In this document: piece by piece, positions 1-13,900 of the stretch | Layout: every line of letters begins with the position of its first letter | Numbering within the stretch: position 1 is the stretch's first letter | Source of the DNA: Ophelia neglecta | Taxonomy: Eukaryota | Direction: 5' to 3' | Assembly: GCA_965285935.1 (NCBI GenBank) | Contig: OZ260662.1 | Span: 41,168,001 to 41,232,000, forward strand | Length of the DNA stretch: 64,000 nt | Notes under the pieces: model-generated | What the model was told of the DNA's origin: nothing | The model's database searches: none | The model's input: only the letters and a program-made list of their open reading frames with translations | Position numbers and translations under genes: made by a program

Positions 1-3000
1 AGTCACGATAAATACGTACCCTGAAACAAATCCGGATAATTCAAATTTCTTTGAGTGTAATATATGCCTTATTTCTTAGACTGCTTTTGAGGCACCCTTA
101 TTAAAACAGCAGAATGCAGTAAGTTAATCGGCGCCTCATGATATAATTGTCTGGTCTATGTTGGTAGTATGTACATACATGTAGACCCCATGGAGCCCCG
201 TTCATGAACATGAACATGCGCGTTGAAAACCTTGTTTACGCAGTCCGGGTGTACTTATTGAATCTAGCGGTTGGAGATGTAGGGCAGATTTTAAAATAAC
301 TATCTTGCCCAGGATTTTACAGGTATCGCCGTGCCTGCCAACATTATCAGTGCCGCACAATAAGATCTTTATAGGACGCACCGGCTAATGATCATCTCGT
401 CTGCCTTGGCAGTCGAATAGCCGAAACTTGTGCCAAGAAATGGCAAAACATGATCAGTGGAGGTTTGCCAGTTGCAGGAGTCTTGGCGATGTAGTACAGT
501 ATGCTACAGAAATAAACTTTAAAAAGTCGGATAGTTTTACCACTTGTTGAATAGCAAAGTCGACGTGTTGAAAAGTATTGGCTTGCTGGGTCTGTGGCGT
601 TAACTTTGCCTAGCGCTGAAGGACAGAGATAGCGCATAGATTATCCATTCTTCGTGTGCTGTTTTTGTGTGTTTGCGCGCGCGGGCGCGCGTGTGTGCGA
701 GTGGGTATATCGAATAACTAATTCGATCTGGATAAAATTTGTGAGGGTGTATCACGGGTAAAGTTTTTTCGTGTGTTTAATTTTGACCGACTCTGAAATG
801 TGAGTTAATTTTATCCAGGTCACGGGAGTTTTATACATTCAAATGGTCGCAGAATTTTGAAAACTTCCCATATGCATGTTATATAAAGAATTACTAGTAT
901 TAACCTACTTTATATTTTGACTTTTCACCAAGACCCGTGGTTGCTGGTAGTCGTAGTGAGCTACATGCAGTAACTTCCATATGTCCAGTCTTTTCCAAGT
1001 AACGGGACATACTCAAGTTAATAAGAGGCACGCCAAAATTCAACAACCAGTTGACAACTAATTATTTTCAGATAATAATCTTCTCTCTACGTCTATATAT
1101 GCCTAGATCTCCCATTTTACATTGGTCGTACTGTTTAGATGGGAGGGAAAATTCCAAGTCCAACATTTTAATCTGTGTTTACCGTTTAGAAGGATTGAAC
1201 ATTTATAAGTTCTGCATATTTCTTTTCGCCTTAAGATGCACTGAAATTTCTAGGTCTAACATTTTACCTGCTTTTTCCCTTTTTTTTAAAGTAAAACAAT
1301 AATTTTTTTAAATTCTGTTCACTTGTATTTACCGTTTAATAGTGTTAAGTTATTTTGCGTGGGTAATTATGTCGATCATAAATATCTGAACGCCCAGATT
1401 GGACACCGACCCACTTTATACTATGTGACCAGGCAAAGATCCGTATTCTGTAGATACACGTTTGCTGAGTTTTGCCTTGGATATTTGCACAGTCCTACAT
1501 GGCAGGCCTAGAGTGCTGGTAATGTACCACGGATATCGGAGAATTTCGGCCGTGTCAGGTGGCAGAAAAACAAAGAATCATGTTTTAACTGATAGGCTGT
1601 ACAACAAAGGTGGACCGGAAAAAAATTGTCAGATCAGAGCTAGACTTAATGATTACAATCTATCTACAACTCTTCTGAACCAAGAATTTTTCTTATCTTT
1701 TTCAAACGCAGCACAGACCATTCTCTGGAGTATACCTTGCATTGTTTCAGCTGTGCCTTGTCTACAATAATGGGAAAAAGTAGTCCGGGAATGTTGGTAA
1801 ATAGGCCATTGTCTTTACACCTGAGCAGTCGACTGACAATACTAGAAAAAGATACGTTTAGCTTCCACTTCTACAGTTGAGTTTCCCACAGCGGCTGGTT
1901 ATCAAAATGTCTTATTACTTTTTCAATACATATGCCAATCATACATGAACGTGCAAGCGGAGTAAAGACTATATACCGCTTATTCGGTTAATGGTCATCG
2001 AGCAACACAGAATGAAGTCGTATAATTCGTATTTTAATATCATTATATATTTTTAAACCTTAGATTTACTTAAAGTTAGTTGAGGAACTTGTAGATATAT
2101 CGACCTACTCTCTCAATGTATAATTATGTGATTACTTTTCTTTAAATTTCGGAAAATCACGAGTTTCATTCATATGTTCAGTACGCTCGATGCTGGTTGA
2201 CTTGAGGCGAGAGGCGTGCAGTTTCCGCGGTAGGACTATTGATATACCTGAGCTTTTCGTCCTCCGTGAAATTGTTTTGCATTCATAAATACTACATGTA
2301 CTTTTTAGTGTTTTAGTCATCCACGGCACTCTGCACTATCTATCTATCCCCTACAACTATAAGCTGGCTTGCTTATAGTTATCAAACAGGCCGCAATAAT
2401 TTTGGGTAAACAAATTTATCCGCAACCAATAGGATAATATAAGTATTGTTAATAAACGTCCCAGGTATCAAACTGGTCCGGCATTGACGAAAATCGAATC
2501 ATATAGGCTAAATAGAGGCATAACTTCTCTTATTTTCGACAAATTCCAACTCCTTTGATTCCAAATAAATCATTAATTTGAAAGTCAATTAAGACAAAAT
2601 ATCGTTTCAAGAGTGGCAAATCAAAAAAATCAACCCCCCCAAAAGGAATGCATAAATATTTTCCCTACGTAATATCGGCGTTTTCTAAATCTCGGAAACT
2701 TTTCGTCTATATCATGAGAAAAATGAAGTATCAAGAAGAACAATGTGTGCCAAAAGAAGTTCCTGAAAAATCTGTCACAAATATTCAAGACCAGAAAGTT
2801 AATGTCCTAGCTATTGAAATTGCCCTCAAATACTCCTATTTCATTCATAATATGCAGATAATTTAAAGCCACATATTTATTAAGATTTTAAAAAGCAGCA
2901 TTCTCTTAAAGTGGATCAGGTCGTAGGTTAAATCAAGGAACAAACGTTATTTTGACTTTTTTCTTTATGGCACTATGATGGGTTTGGGTAATTATACGAA

Positions 3001-3299
3001 ATGCAGCACATTTGTTAAACCCTGCCTTTCATTGTATCCGTGGCAGACCAAATGTCCAAAAGGGCTCAATTTGCCTACAGTAAATTTGAATATCCTAGAA
3101 AAGCAGGCGTAGATTCTCAATCTGTATCTGCAGTGCATCTCTTATCGTATAGTTAGGTGTACCCATGTCATATTGTACTCAATAGCTAGGCCAGGGATAG
3201 AACGTTTTGCCCAGAGGTGGAGTTCTGGGTGGTGGGAGACATAAGTTGTTGACATATTAGGACAGTAAATAACAATGGGTTTTGCACACGTCCTTGTTT

Positions 3300-3900
3300 T
3301 AAACTTCAGTCTGAGACAAGAACGTTTGCAAATATTTGTTCTTTACTGACTCAAGACAAAACTTAAGTTTCAAATCTGTCAGAACTCCACCCAAGCAGGG
3401 CATCGAATATTTCGCAAAAGGGCTGAGCCTATATTGTTTCTCGAAATTGCTTAAGGTAGATTGGTTTGAACGAAACAGTGTTAAATGTAACACTTTGTTA
3501 ACCAAACCGCCCTAAACTGATAAATCACCTTTCAGTACATATCTTACAATAGAGAATATTTGGACCTTTTAGTTTAATGCCTATTTCCAAACAAATGCCT
3601 TTGTTTATACAATCAATTTGGCCGGACAACCCCACTGAATGCCTCCCGACAAACCAACACCTCACAATATATAGGCCTATAGAACCTCTTTCTACCCTTG
3701 TGAAAAATGACATTTAAAGGCTACATAAAGGCCCAGAGGCCAAAATATTTTTGCTTGTGCAGAAACCAGAGCAAAAACCGGCCTGTCCCTCGATCCAAAC
3801 ACCATTCCGTCCAGCCCAACATTCAGTCTGTCAACATATTCTCGCTCATATTTAGATATTCGAACGAGAAGGTTATGGGTACCTTTTCCAACCTTTCCGT
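3300..3900 (-). mobile_element. Possible highly decayed LINE ORF2 3' fragment
   Basis: Minus-strand fragments (LNVGLDG..VWIEG, LTLFRSNQSTL, IRCPAW) loosely echo, in order, the C-terminal motifs of the intact neighbouring LINE (ICAIGLRTVWDNGG, ICRFLCRNNYL, RICLAC). Frames are broken; judged by eye only. Confidence 0.25.
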
Positions 3901-4304
3901 CCTCTGACAAGTAATAAGAACTACTTGGTCCACGCCGACTCCCAGTGCTCTGATATTGTTAAATACCAAGATAATCATAGTATAAGAGCAATGACGACAT
4001 TTCTATTTTGGTGGAAGATTTGAATCATGAAATCTATGCATAGATGCTCACCCTGGTGTGTAAAAACTATTAAACAGGGATTACTCAGGAGTATGAATGT
4101 ATAGGTTTAATCATTTGTGTAACCACCTCCATCCCTAGCCTCCTACCGGTACAAAAGAGACTTTATTCAATGCGTTTGTCTTATGCTCCAAACATAAAAT
4201 ATTTTTGCATTATGCAATCAGCTGGCAAAGTTTGGAAAGCATTTTTCTAAATATGTATTTATTATCAAAATGCTTATCTACATGTGTATTATTTCAGTAC
4301 CTAA

Positions 4305-6623
4305 ATGTGGGGCTGTATTACAATATGCTTAAGTCAGTGTATTAATTCGAGAACGCCCACTTTTAATGTGCATAGAAGGGAGCTTTGTAGAAGAAGACAC
4401 ATATATCAAACACATAGTAGTATCTGTAGAGAGAACTATCGAAATGGTATTACTAATGAACTTTTTAGAGTACAACGTAACGATATGCAGCGGTATTGGA
4501 AAATGTTAAAAGAGAAGGCAGAGATGCAATTCCCCAACATACCCATTGACTCTTTTACTAGTTATTTCAAGAAAGTTCACTGTCCAGACAACGTAGATGA
4601 ATATCTACCTAGTAAAGATACTAATCATTTTTTAAACAATTATGTGTTTGGCGAAAGTACATTTCAAGAACTGGATCAGGAGTTTACTCTAGATGAACTG
4701 GTCAAATGTTTATCAAGTGTAAAAATAAACAAAAGTCCTGGGCCTGACTGTTTACCAAATGAATTTATAAAATTTACTCCTGTAATTCGGAGCCTATTTT
4801 TGAAATTATACAACAGAATTTTAAACACAGACGTTTTCCCTGAGATATGGAAAAAAAGTTTTGTTACACCAATTTTAAAAAAAGGGAATCCAAACGATGT
4901 CAATAATTATAGAGGTATCAGTTTATTGAGTTCTATGGGGAAAATCTTCACAAAACTGTTGAATATAAGACTGTGTAAATGGGCGGAAGAAAACAGCGTC
5001 TATTTCGAAGGACAATCGGGTTTCAGGGGAAAACATAGTACCATAGACAATATATATATAATGAATTGCTTGATAAATAAATGTAAAAACTCGAATGAGA
5101 AACTTTATTGCTGTTACATAGACTATAGGAAAGCCTTTGACCTAGTCGAGAGATCCTCTCTCTGGTCCAAGCTCTTAAAAAATGGTATAAATGGAAAGAT
5201 GTTCAATTGTATTAGAAATATGTATAATGGAATAAAATCGTGTGTAAAAGGAAAAGCCGGTAAACTTGGGGAGGAATTTTCATGTATCCTCGGTGTGAGG
5301 CAGGGGGAATCCCTGTCCCCATTTCTGTTTGCAATGTATATAAATGATATGAATGAATATTTGTTAAGTCACTGTCGAAACGACGTAATGGGTTGTACTA
5401 TAGGTGAATTGATTATACAGTTGTTACTGTTCGCAGATGATGCCATATTAATAAGCACGTCTGCAGAAGGGCTCCAACATGGTATAGACTCTCTACATGA
5501 TTATTGTAAATTGTGGCACCTGAGTCTGAATGTAGACAAAACTAAGATTGTTATTTATGGTTGGAGAAATTATATTCCACCACCAAAATGGTACTACAAT
5601 GGCAAAGAAATCATGGTGGTAAAATCTTTCTGTTATCTGGGTGTTATGTTAAGTCAAAATGGTTTATGGGATAAGCAAGAAGATTTGTTAGTAGAGAAAG
5701 CGCGTAAATCAATGTTTCTACTCCAAAAATATACTTATAGGTTTAATTTAGATATTGTGCAGCACTGCTATTTATTTGATGTTCTTATAGCTAGTATTTT
5801 AAACTATGGTGCTGAAGTATGGGGATTTCATACTGGAAAAAACATTGAAAAGATACACCTGCGTTACTTAAAATCAATTTTGCACTTAAAACAGTGCACT
5901 GCATCTTGTATGGTATATAAAGAGAGTGGTCGCATACCATTGTATTATATTCGCTTAGAAAAAATTCTGAAGTTCTGGGGACTTTTAAGTGCCAAATTAA
6001 AACCAGGTTTGTGTGTAACAGTATATCATGAGATATGTGCCAAGCAACTAGGCAACATATGGTTGGAAGGTGTTAAAAATATTATTTGTGCAATAGGGCT
6101 AAGAACTGTGTGGGATAATGGTGGACCGGTAAATATAAAAGCATTTGTCAAAGATGTAAGAGCAAGACTGTATAATTTAGCATGGGATAACCAGTTTGTA
6201 TGTATAACCACTACTAGTAAATGTGACACTTTCAGTTTATTGTGTGATAGGGAACATCTTGGGCAACCATCTGTTTATTTACGAAGAGGAGTTTCCAGAA
6301 GGAATGGCCTTGCAATTTGTCGTTTCCTATGTAGAAATAATTACTTAAAAATTGAAACTGGAACCTGGGCAAGACCAAAAATACCCAAAGAAAATCGAAT
6401 ATGTCTCGCATGTGGAGTGGTAGAGGATGAATTACATGTACTACTAGAATGTCCACTGTATAGTACACTCAGGGTACACTATCTGGGACGATTTGTAAAC
6501 ACTGCCTTCAATGTAATCTGGTTTAAAGAGGCACTTCTTAATGAAGGCCCATGTTTCTTCAATAATTTAGGTATATATATTGAAAAATTAAGTATATTGC
6601 ACAGGTCATTATTTAAGGATTGA
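4305..6623 (+). CDS. LINE ORF2 reverse transcriptase, 5'-truncated (no endonuclease domain), RTE-X-like
   Basis: 772 uninterrupted codons with RT motifs KSPGPD, NYRGISLLS, QSGFR..HST.DN, IDYRKAFD, GVRQGESLSPFLF, LLFADD and YLG, plus a C-terminal CCHC motif (RICLAC..EDELHVLLECPLY). The first 15 or so codons are probably flanking DNA. Clade call is an inference from motif style. Confidence 0.93.
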   Translation: MWGCITICLSQCINSRTPTFNVHRRELCRRRHIYQTHSSICRENYRNGITNELFRVQRNDMQRYWKMLKEKAEMQFPNIPIDSFTSYFKKVHCPDNVDEYLPSKDTNHFLNNYVFGESTFQELDQEFTLDELVKCLSSVKINKSPGPDCLPNEFIKFTPVIRSLFLKLYNRILNTDVFPEIWKKSFVTPILKKGNPNDVNNYRGISLLSSMGKIFTKLLNIRLCKWAEENSVYFEGQSGFRGKHSTIDNIYIMNCLINKCKNSNEKLYCCYIDYRKAFDLVERSSLWSKLLKNGINGKMFNCIRNMYNGIKSCVKGKAGKLGEEFSCILGVRQGESLSPFLFAMYINDMNEYLLSHCRNDVMGCTIGELIIQLLLFADDAILISTSAEGLQHGIDSLHDYCKLWHLSLNVDKTKIVIYGWRNYIPPPKWYYNGKEIMVVKSFCYLGVMLSQNGLWDKQEDLLVEKARKSMFLLQKYTYRFNLDIVQHCYLFDVLIASILNYGAEVWGFHTGKNIEKIHLRYLKSILHLKQCTASCMVYKESGRIPLYYIRLEKILKFWGLLSAKLKPGLCVTVYHEICAKQLGNIWLEGVKNIICAIGLRTVWDNGGPVNIKAFVKDVRARLYNLAWDNQFVCITTTSKCDTFSLLCDREHLGQPSVYLRRGVSRRNGLAICRFLCRNNYLKIETGTWARPKIPKENRICLACGVVEDELHVLLECPLYSTLRVHYLGRFVNTAFNVIWFKEALLNEGPCFFNNLGIYIEKLSILHRSLFKD

Positions 6624-6777
6624 GAGTGGCATGGTATAAAAGGTTGTGTCAAAAAATATATATATATTATATATATATTACCATGTGATTTATTTTTATT
6701 ATGTTACTAACAATAATACTATGTGAAACACATTTTGTAAAAAATAGTTTCTAATAAACAACATTACATTACATTAC
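4350..6777 (+). mobile_element. Non-LTR retrotransposon copy with 3' UTR, AATAAA and (ACATT)3 tail
   Basis: ORF2 is followed by about 130 nt of AT-rich UTR, AATAAA at 6753-6758 and ACATTACATTACATT at 6761-6775. The 5' boundary is approximate and no exact TSD was found. Confidence 0.85.
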
Positions 6778-9700
6778 TAAAATGCCATTGTTTGTATTTA
6801 ATTGCAGTAACCGTATATGGGGTAAACAATTTATAATCTAAATGTTTGTTGTGTTATAACAACACATATTGATGAGTTATATCAATGCCGTATATTCTTT
6901 GCATATCCAATAATTGTATATTTGTTAGTTCAATAATAATTGTTTGGATTAGTATTACAATACATATCTGTTTATTTTATGGATTCAATACAGCTTATGC
7001 CCATCTTTTGCTTGCAACACTATGGTTAGTGGGCAGTTCTGTCACCGCACCTTTCTGAATTATTCAATTTGTTATATTGAAAAATATAACCTGATACGAC
7101 ACTTCAAATTATCTGTGTTGTATTTTAAAATACACAAAAGAACTGTGTTTTTCATCGGACGCATAAAGGTAGAAAGGCTATAACAGGCATAATCTAACTT
7201 CGACTTACCCACCATCTATAGGGCCAGGTCGAGAAATTGACGTATCCCCTTTTCTTTCAATATATAATATCAACGTGGTATCGCACGGGTGTTAATTTCG
7301 CCAATTATCCTGGGTACACATTATAATTTCCAAATGTTGCAAATGTGTATTCCAAAAATGAAATTTGTCAGCTCAAAGACATATAGGCTTCATTAAAGGG
7401 CACAAACTCCCTCTTTTACTATTGATTGCAGTAACAGCAGCTCATATTTATTCGCCGGATCTAATTAGTACAATGTGGTGTCAAAATCAATGCAACTTTG
7501 CCGTGGAGCAAATTTGCTCGGGTCCTATTATTACGGACAAAGGGTTTGCCCTGTGAAGCTCTCTGCAAAATAGGCCAGGCGTTTTCTGCCTGTCCCACGA
7601 AATTATTTTCCTCAAATACTAAATTTCCTACGTCTAAATTAATAACATATCAGCAGAGCAGTTAAATAAAAATCCATGAAACTAAGTTCTTAAACAGACG
7701 AATTTCATTTGGTCCAACCTTCTTGTTTTGCTGATTTGACAATACCATAATAAACCAGGGGAAATGCGGTCGTGATATATTTATCTAACAGATAGAACAT
7801 GTTGTATACTGTAACATGAAATTGTATCGGCTACTCTGTGTGCAAAGTTTCAGCCCCAGAAATATCGATAGTAAGGCATGCTTTTATAGGCATTAATTAT
7901 GGGCATGCTTAACACATGAAAAAGATAAATAATCTACATGTATTTAAAAATGCGATATAATGAAAATAATGTAGATAAGAACATGCATCTAAACTGGCCA
8001 TATACAGTAGGCTTTACCACTTCAGGCTAGCTTAATCGAGTAACAATGACTGTAGACAATTTGTATATGTACCCTCAATGACAGATGAAGCCTTAAATTT
8101 CTTTTCTTTTTTAAACAAAGATGGGAGGGGGTATAGAAATGTTTGCTAACAAGTTAACTAACACGAATGAATTATTTAACTTATAGTATGCCATATTACA
8201 TATGTTAATTTTGGAGTCCCGCTTCCTGCAGCACGGCAATGCCTGTTTCTACAATACCGGTACTACTGAGATCCTTGCCTCTTCACTCATGGTCATCACC
8301 AACTCTATTTACAAGTAGCACGAGTGTGAAGCATTTCCTGCTGTGAAGATGGCAGGATTTCCCTATAAAAGTAGTTTACACGAGTAAGATCTTACTGGCC
8401 GACTAAGCCTTGCTAGTATTAACGATGCGCTGAGATCCAACCAATCTAGCCATAAAGACGCCTCAATTAAAAACTCCGGCCGACGCTATAAAATAAATTA
8501 AAGTGTATTAAAAATATGTTTTGGGGATCATCAAACACCTATGTTAATAACAACAACAACATATTCCACCCATACGTAAATGATCATCAAAGTACAATGT
8601 AGTTCGTAGGCTAGTGCAATGTTACACTATCACATCGTCTGACACAACCAGAAATAAAACCGACTAGCTTCTTGAATTGGTGTGATATCCCAGCTATTCA
8701 TTTCACTGATAAAGTCACCCTTATTCTGAAAGTGGAGTCTATTGTCATAGGAAAGGGTTGGGATTGGTGCCTCTTCCCTGAAGTGGGCTTCTGTGGGTTC
8801 AACTCACAGCCCCCCTCCCCCGCTCAACCCCCTACCCCGGACAAGCCAGTCATCCCAAGCCCGCTAGAAACTGTTTGGAGCAAGTTGTGGAACGGAAATT
8901 TGTGGGTTGGGAGGGGAGGAGGAGGGAGGTTGGGAGGCTAACCCCGTGCTTCATCCTAATCTGCCTTTTGGTGGGTTGAACCCGTGCCTCCTTTTAATAA
9001 TTGATTCGGCATGTCGATTTTGGATATCGAGTGGAATCCACTTAGTACATGCTCATGTAAGATTGTACAGAAATATATCATAATGGACCTATGTGCCAAG
9101 TGCTATATTCTCTTAACACTATTAAAGATATTCTTACTGTTAGGCAGGCGACATTATTTTCTGAATATGAGAGTATGGCAAGTCAATAAAATACTTTAAT
9201 ATAGATCGGGGTCTTATAATTATACTCCATTGGTTGACCTAGGCCTATATGAGAATGGTATTGAGCATTTCCTAAACCATGACTCCCCGGAAAAGAAGGT
9301 AATCAAGGAGGTACCCAACACGCTGTGTTTGATAGGTCTCTTGCTCCTGTACAGTTTACCCATTTATTTTGCTGTCTTTTTCACACTATAGCAATTGGTA
9401 TTTCCCGAGTACAGTATTGTGGATGAAAACACTTATGCGTGAGTTATTCGCCTGGAGTAATTTGAAACATCATTCTGTCAGCCGAATCCGTCCAAAACGA
9501 CACAAATGAATTTAGACACCGCCCCTGGTTTGGTCAATTCCGACAAGAATGATTAGTTGTGCTTGGATGGCGTTTAGGAACCGACCAGTCAACTGAGGGG
9601 AGTACAAATTCCCTGATCAACCGAACGACATCTGATCTCATCCTGATAATTTCACATCCTTCAACTCCCGTTCTGGAACCATCTCCCGAGAGCTGGCCCA

Positions 9701-10120
9701 CAGTCCAGCAATTCTGACCATTTGCTAAAATCAACGATAGACCAATCAATTATAAGACTTGGCCGTGCTGGCATAGCTCTGACATCTATCTGCCAAGCGC
9801 TGACATCTACACCGCAATTTCATTCCGACAATGACGTGGCTTTACAACTTTAGTCTAATAGCCGGCCTACCTTCAGCTCCTTTCCTGATTATACAGCTCG
9901 GTAGCCACCATGCTTCTCCCCAAAATGTCTGCCCCATATCAGTGGCTGCAGATTCAACCATTGAGTGTCTAACTCTTGTTTTGAACCTCAACGGGGATGA
10001 CCTGATGACCTGTGTGGTGTTCAACCAAATGTCAATACCCATCTCCGGTTGCTCAAACACAGTGATACTTCCCGTCCCATTTTCATATAAAAAAGCTAAC
10101 GGCAGTTCACTTCGGTGGTT

Positions 10121-10142
10121 TTTATTGCAGGGACTATTTATT
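10121..10142 (-). promoter_or_regulatory. Candidate polyadenylation signals of nAChR gene A
   Basis: Two minus-strand AATAAA (TTTATT at 10121-10126 and 10137-10142), about 630 nt past the stop codon at 10770. Confidence 0.4.
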
Positions 10143-10769
10143 ATATACAATTAGAAATAACTGTAGTACTGGTCAGACAGAGTCAAGCAATGAATGACCC
10201 ACTAAGTAGTATATGCCAGGTCCTAACCTATATGTTCATGAGGTACAAAAGATAAGTGACAGATCCGAGAAGAGTTTTGGGTCGGGAAATATATCCAACT
10301 TTTATGCATTACTAATACAGGAAGGGGGGGGGGGGGTCAAAGGGAGTAGACGGTCAGGTGGATTTAAACTATTTTTTGCAAGATTGAGTCATGCACTTAT
10401 AAAATATCCGCTGCGTACAAATTGTCGGCACGTGTAAACATGCTCTCTTGAAAACATTATCATTATTCATGCTATAGACATGTAGTAGTCTTTAGCTTCA
10501 AAAAAAGCTTTAGACTTTGAATAAAATTGAAGCTTTAAAAAATTTACCCACTCAACAACTGCCCAAGTGTAGGCTTAGCAAATCTCTCCGAGTATATAAC
10601 AGTCAATGTATCCTCGGCTTTCCATTTGTTTTTGTATACCATATATGGTTACCATGAAGTTGATTTGTAACTTAATATGCATAATAGCATTTGTATTCCA
10701 GTCCCAAGTGGCACCTGCGTTGTATATACACAAATGAAGTCAAATTGATTGATTTCGGTTACATGTGTT

Positions 10770-10919
10770 TCACGCTTCTACCCCGATGGAGGGATCTTTG
10801 TTGTACAGGGCTGGGGCGTTGAGCAGCATACCCAGGACGCCAACGATACACCCCGTTGTGTAGATCCATAGCAAGAAGCGGTCTATCACCATCGCCATGT
10901 ACAGCCAGTCTTCTTTAAA
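10770..10919 (-). CDS. nAChR gene A coding exon 6 (M4, stop)
   Basis: ttccctAG|[49 protein letters not shown]. Not shown in this frame in the ORF track; translated by hand. Confidence 0.93.
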   Translation of the reverse strand, partial: FKEDWLYMAMVIDRFLLWIYTTGCIVGVLGMLLNAPALYNKDPSIGVEA

Positions 10920-13900
10920 CTAGGGAATAAAAACATCAAAATATCTCTTGAATATTTGAAGACCCTGCCATCATTATTGTGTTGGATAAAAATCCAAAGA
11001 AATATCAATAAATTTCCAATGGATTTCATTTGGGACAAGGTCAAATATATCTGTGTTGTTGGTAACATGCCTTTACATCTGTCTATACCCAACTATTCAA
11101 CTATTTGGGCCAGTATCAACTACTGCAAGTGCCGCAAAAAATGACGAAACAAATCGTGCTATATGTTATCAATGTCCTTTGCACCTATTATGATAGAGTG
11201 AAGAGCCCGAGATTTGGAGGCAAACATACCCAACATGGTGAATTTAGCAATAGCCAGGAATAAAGTAAGGTATATCGCTTGAAAGCCATTAACATATCGT
11301 GTTGTGAAACAACTTACTCAAGTAACATTACTGCAGTTATTCTAATAATTGCAAAACTGGTGGCAATGTAGTTCCGGGGCTTAGATGTATTGTGTCTACC
11401 AACAATCCTGCTAGATACACAAAATAGACACAAAGAACTGAAGCGCAACATTTGTTACAATCAAACGACATAGTCCTACATCTTATTTTCCTCGGATTTC
11501 TTGTACACGGGGATAATGTGTGATGCTATTTTTGTTTCAAATGGATGAACTTTAGAATTGCACAAAATCATGCCGAAGACAAAACCTGCTCCACCGCCAC
11601 TATCTATGACTGGCACCAGCATCGGAACTGCGCACTGATGACCATAGCGGATTTTACACGTTTTTTTGGAATACCTCAATTAACAAGAATCTGGTACGAT
11701 GCACATTAATTGCTCTTTTAATTGAGTTGATGTTGTTCTGAGTCGACAATGTATACAGACATTTCTCATAGGCCCAATTCCAATCTCAGCTCCGTTACCA
11801 CGATTATGAAAACAATCAAATCAAACACACGCCATAGCGACTTGAAAAGAAATGCTTATCAGTAACAGAAGAGATGAATTTGATAATGTATTTGAAGCCA
11901 TAGGGTAAAGTGGCTTTGTTTCAGCACTCATATGACCCACGAGACCTCAAGACGACTACTAAAACAAAAATAGTCACCGACATTAAAATTAGGCATGCAA
12001 TTTTTTCATGAACCGATGGACCCACACGTCAAAAGACTGTGGAGTTTCAAAATCACAAGTAAGGAATAGAATAGTCACAAAGACATTCACTGACCATGCA
12101 ATGTGAAATAAGATACACACCGAAACATAAACAAAAACACAAACCTATCTTCCTAGCTATAGAGGCTACACTAGCTAAGCTTGTGCATTTATCACGCATT
12201 TTCATGTTAAGATATATAGTGGCATGCAAGTTCAAAAGGACCTAGCATTTGATATATGCGGGCGTCTTTCCTCCTTGGACATGACCGATTTTTAAACCTC
12301 ACCTCCTGACAACGTATATGAGAAATATGAAAGCATTGATATATTGGAGCGGGATAGCTCAATTCTAGCCCAAACATTCTTTAAATACTAATTCTGTACA
12401 GTATTTATCGCCGCAAATGTACTATAACATGGTTGGCACGGGAACGGGCAAAAAGCCTAAGACTTTACCCCATTACATTCGCGATGGTATTGCTTGTTAC
12501 TCAGTAATTGTTTTGCTCATATGTAATTTGTTATTGAATGAAGTAAGTGCAGAACGTAATGACGCGTTGCGGAAAACATGGTTTGGATTTGAATGTATTG
12601 TTACCGTGGAAACCATACAACCTCTCTCCTATTATCACATGTGAGATATTTGTACATTTGTGACCCATGATTAAGAACACTCAAAGTGAGCTATATAATT
12701 ATCTTGCTTTATGACTGTGGAATCCAAGATTTCCAAGTAAATAGATCCCATGTTTATTTTAAACTCTTGCATACGACTACCTTCTAGAGGTCAACCCACT
12801 CAACATGTCTATCTAATACTAATACGCAATCAGAAGTTAATTAAAATTCAGTTTTTTCATCAACACGTTTAAAAAGAAATCAAGGTGAAATCCAAGGTCA
12901 TCATTTGATGCATTGCATGTGACTTTCTTATTGTGATAATTATATCTAACTATCTGTCTATCGTCCACCGTCAATCCAATAGAAGGCGTTTGAAGCAATA
13001 CGTCTAATTTAAAGTGTCAAATCAGATATAATTTTTTTTTAAATGTCATTTCATTGATTTGATTCTTAAGCAGTTTAACATGATTTTTTTTCCTTAGATA
13101 TTTAATCTTGACTTTGACTTAACGCATGAGTTACTGTAATTTTCTGTTGTTTGGATTCCCTGCCTCAGTTTCAAATAATGCAGGTCATTGCAACAATTAT
13201 TGTCGCCAGAACTCATACATATGGTAATCAGGAACACTTAATCGCAGTCTTGAAGACACTGCACACGCTTCCCATGGAAAAATAGGACATTGTTCACATG
13301 TTGCCTCTGCCCCATGGCGCCATTAAACGGGTCAGCTCCATTCCACGATGTAAAGGGCATCTTTTCCAGGATGATTTCCGTATCAAATGGGTGATTGTTT
13401 TCACAGTGATTCTATTAAATGGGTTATCACATTGGTATCCCTGTCAAAAGGGCATAATCTTCTTGATAGATCACATAGACCATACTGTGAAATCATAAAA
13501 ATATTATAGCTTCCGGTAGGCCCCTATTTAAAAGTTGATGTTCGCGCTGCATTTGCTATCTTCAACGGACCCGCCTTCTTCATCGGCTAGCTTATTTTTT
13601 AGAATTTTCTATACCTGTTGCAAAAATTCTCGAAAGTTTTTAAAGAATTCCTACTACCAAAGAGGACTTGCTTGAAGATTCTCGAGAAAATGCGTACGTT
13701 TTCGAGAACTTTCTATCATATTAAAAACCATGTTCATCCTTGCGGGGAATAGCCCCCCCCCCCCCCCCCCCCGAGTGGCATAAACAGCGCCTGTATACGA
13801 ATATGTATTGGTTATTTGCACTCCACATTACACATTGTAGACAAAAAGGCGGTGATATGCCTATGTCCTACGCCGCAATTTTCTCGGTCAAGTCGGACAA

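Noticed and set aside
666-700. GT/CG alternating tract (possible Z-DNA)
   Set aside because: Short, interrupted microsatellite-like sequence with nothing to suggest function.
4265-4307. Candidate LINE target-site duplications (CAAAATGC or TACCTAAATG versus TACTAAAATGC after the tail)
   Set aside because: Only imperfect short matches in AT-rich DNA; not convincing for a young insertion.
8790-8990. Foldback with GGGTTCAACTCAC / GTGGGTTGAACCC and C-rich then G-rich arms
   Set aside because: Probably a decayed MITE, but termini and TSD cannot be defined; the Pro/Gly-rich ORF over it is a composition artefact.
9842-10150. 102-aa minus-strand ORF downstream of gene A as an extra exon or gene
   Set aside because: Gene A already terminates at 10770; no homology or convincing splice context.
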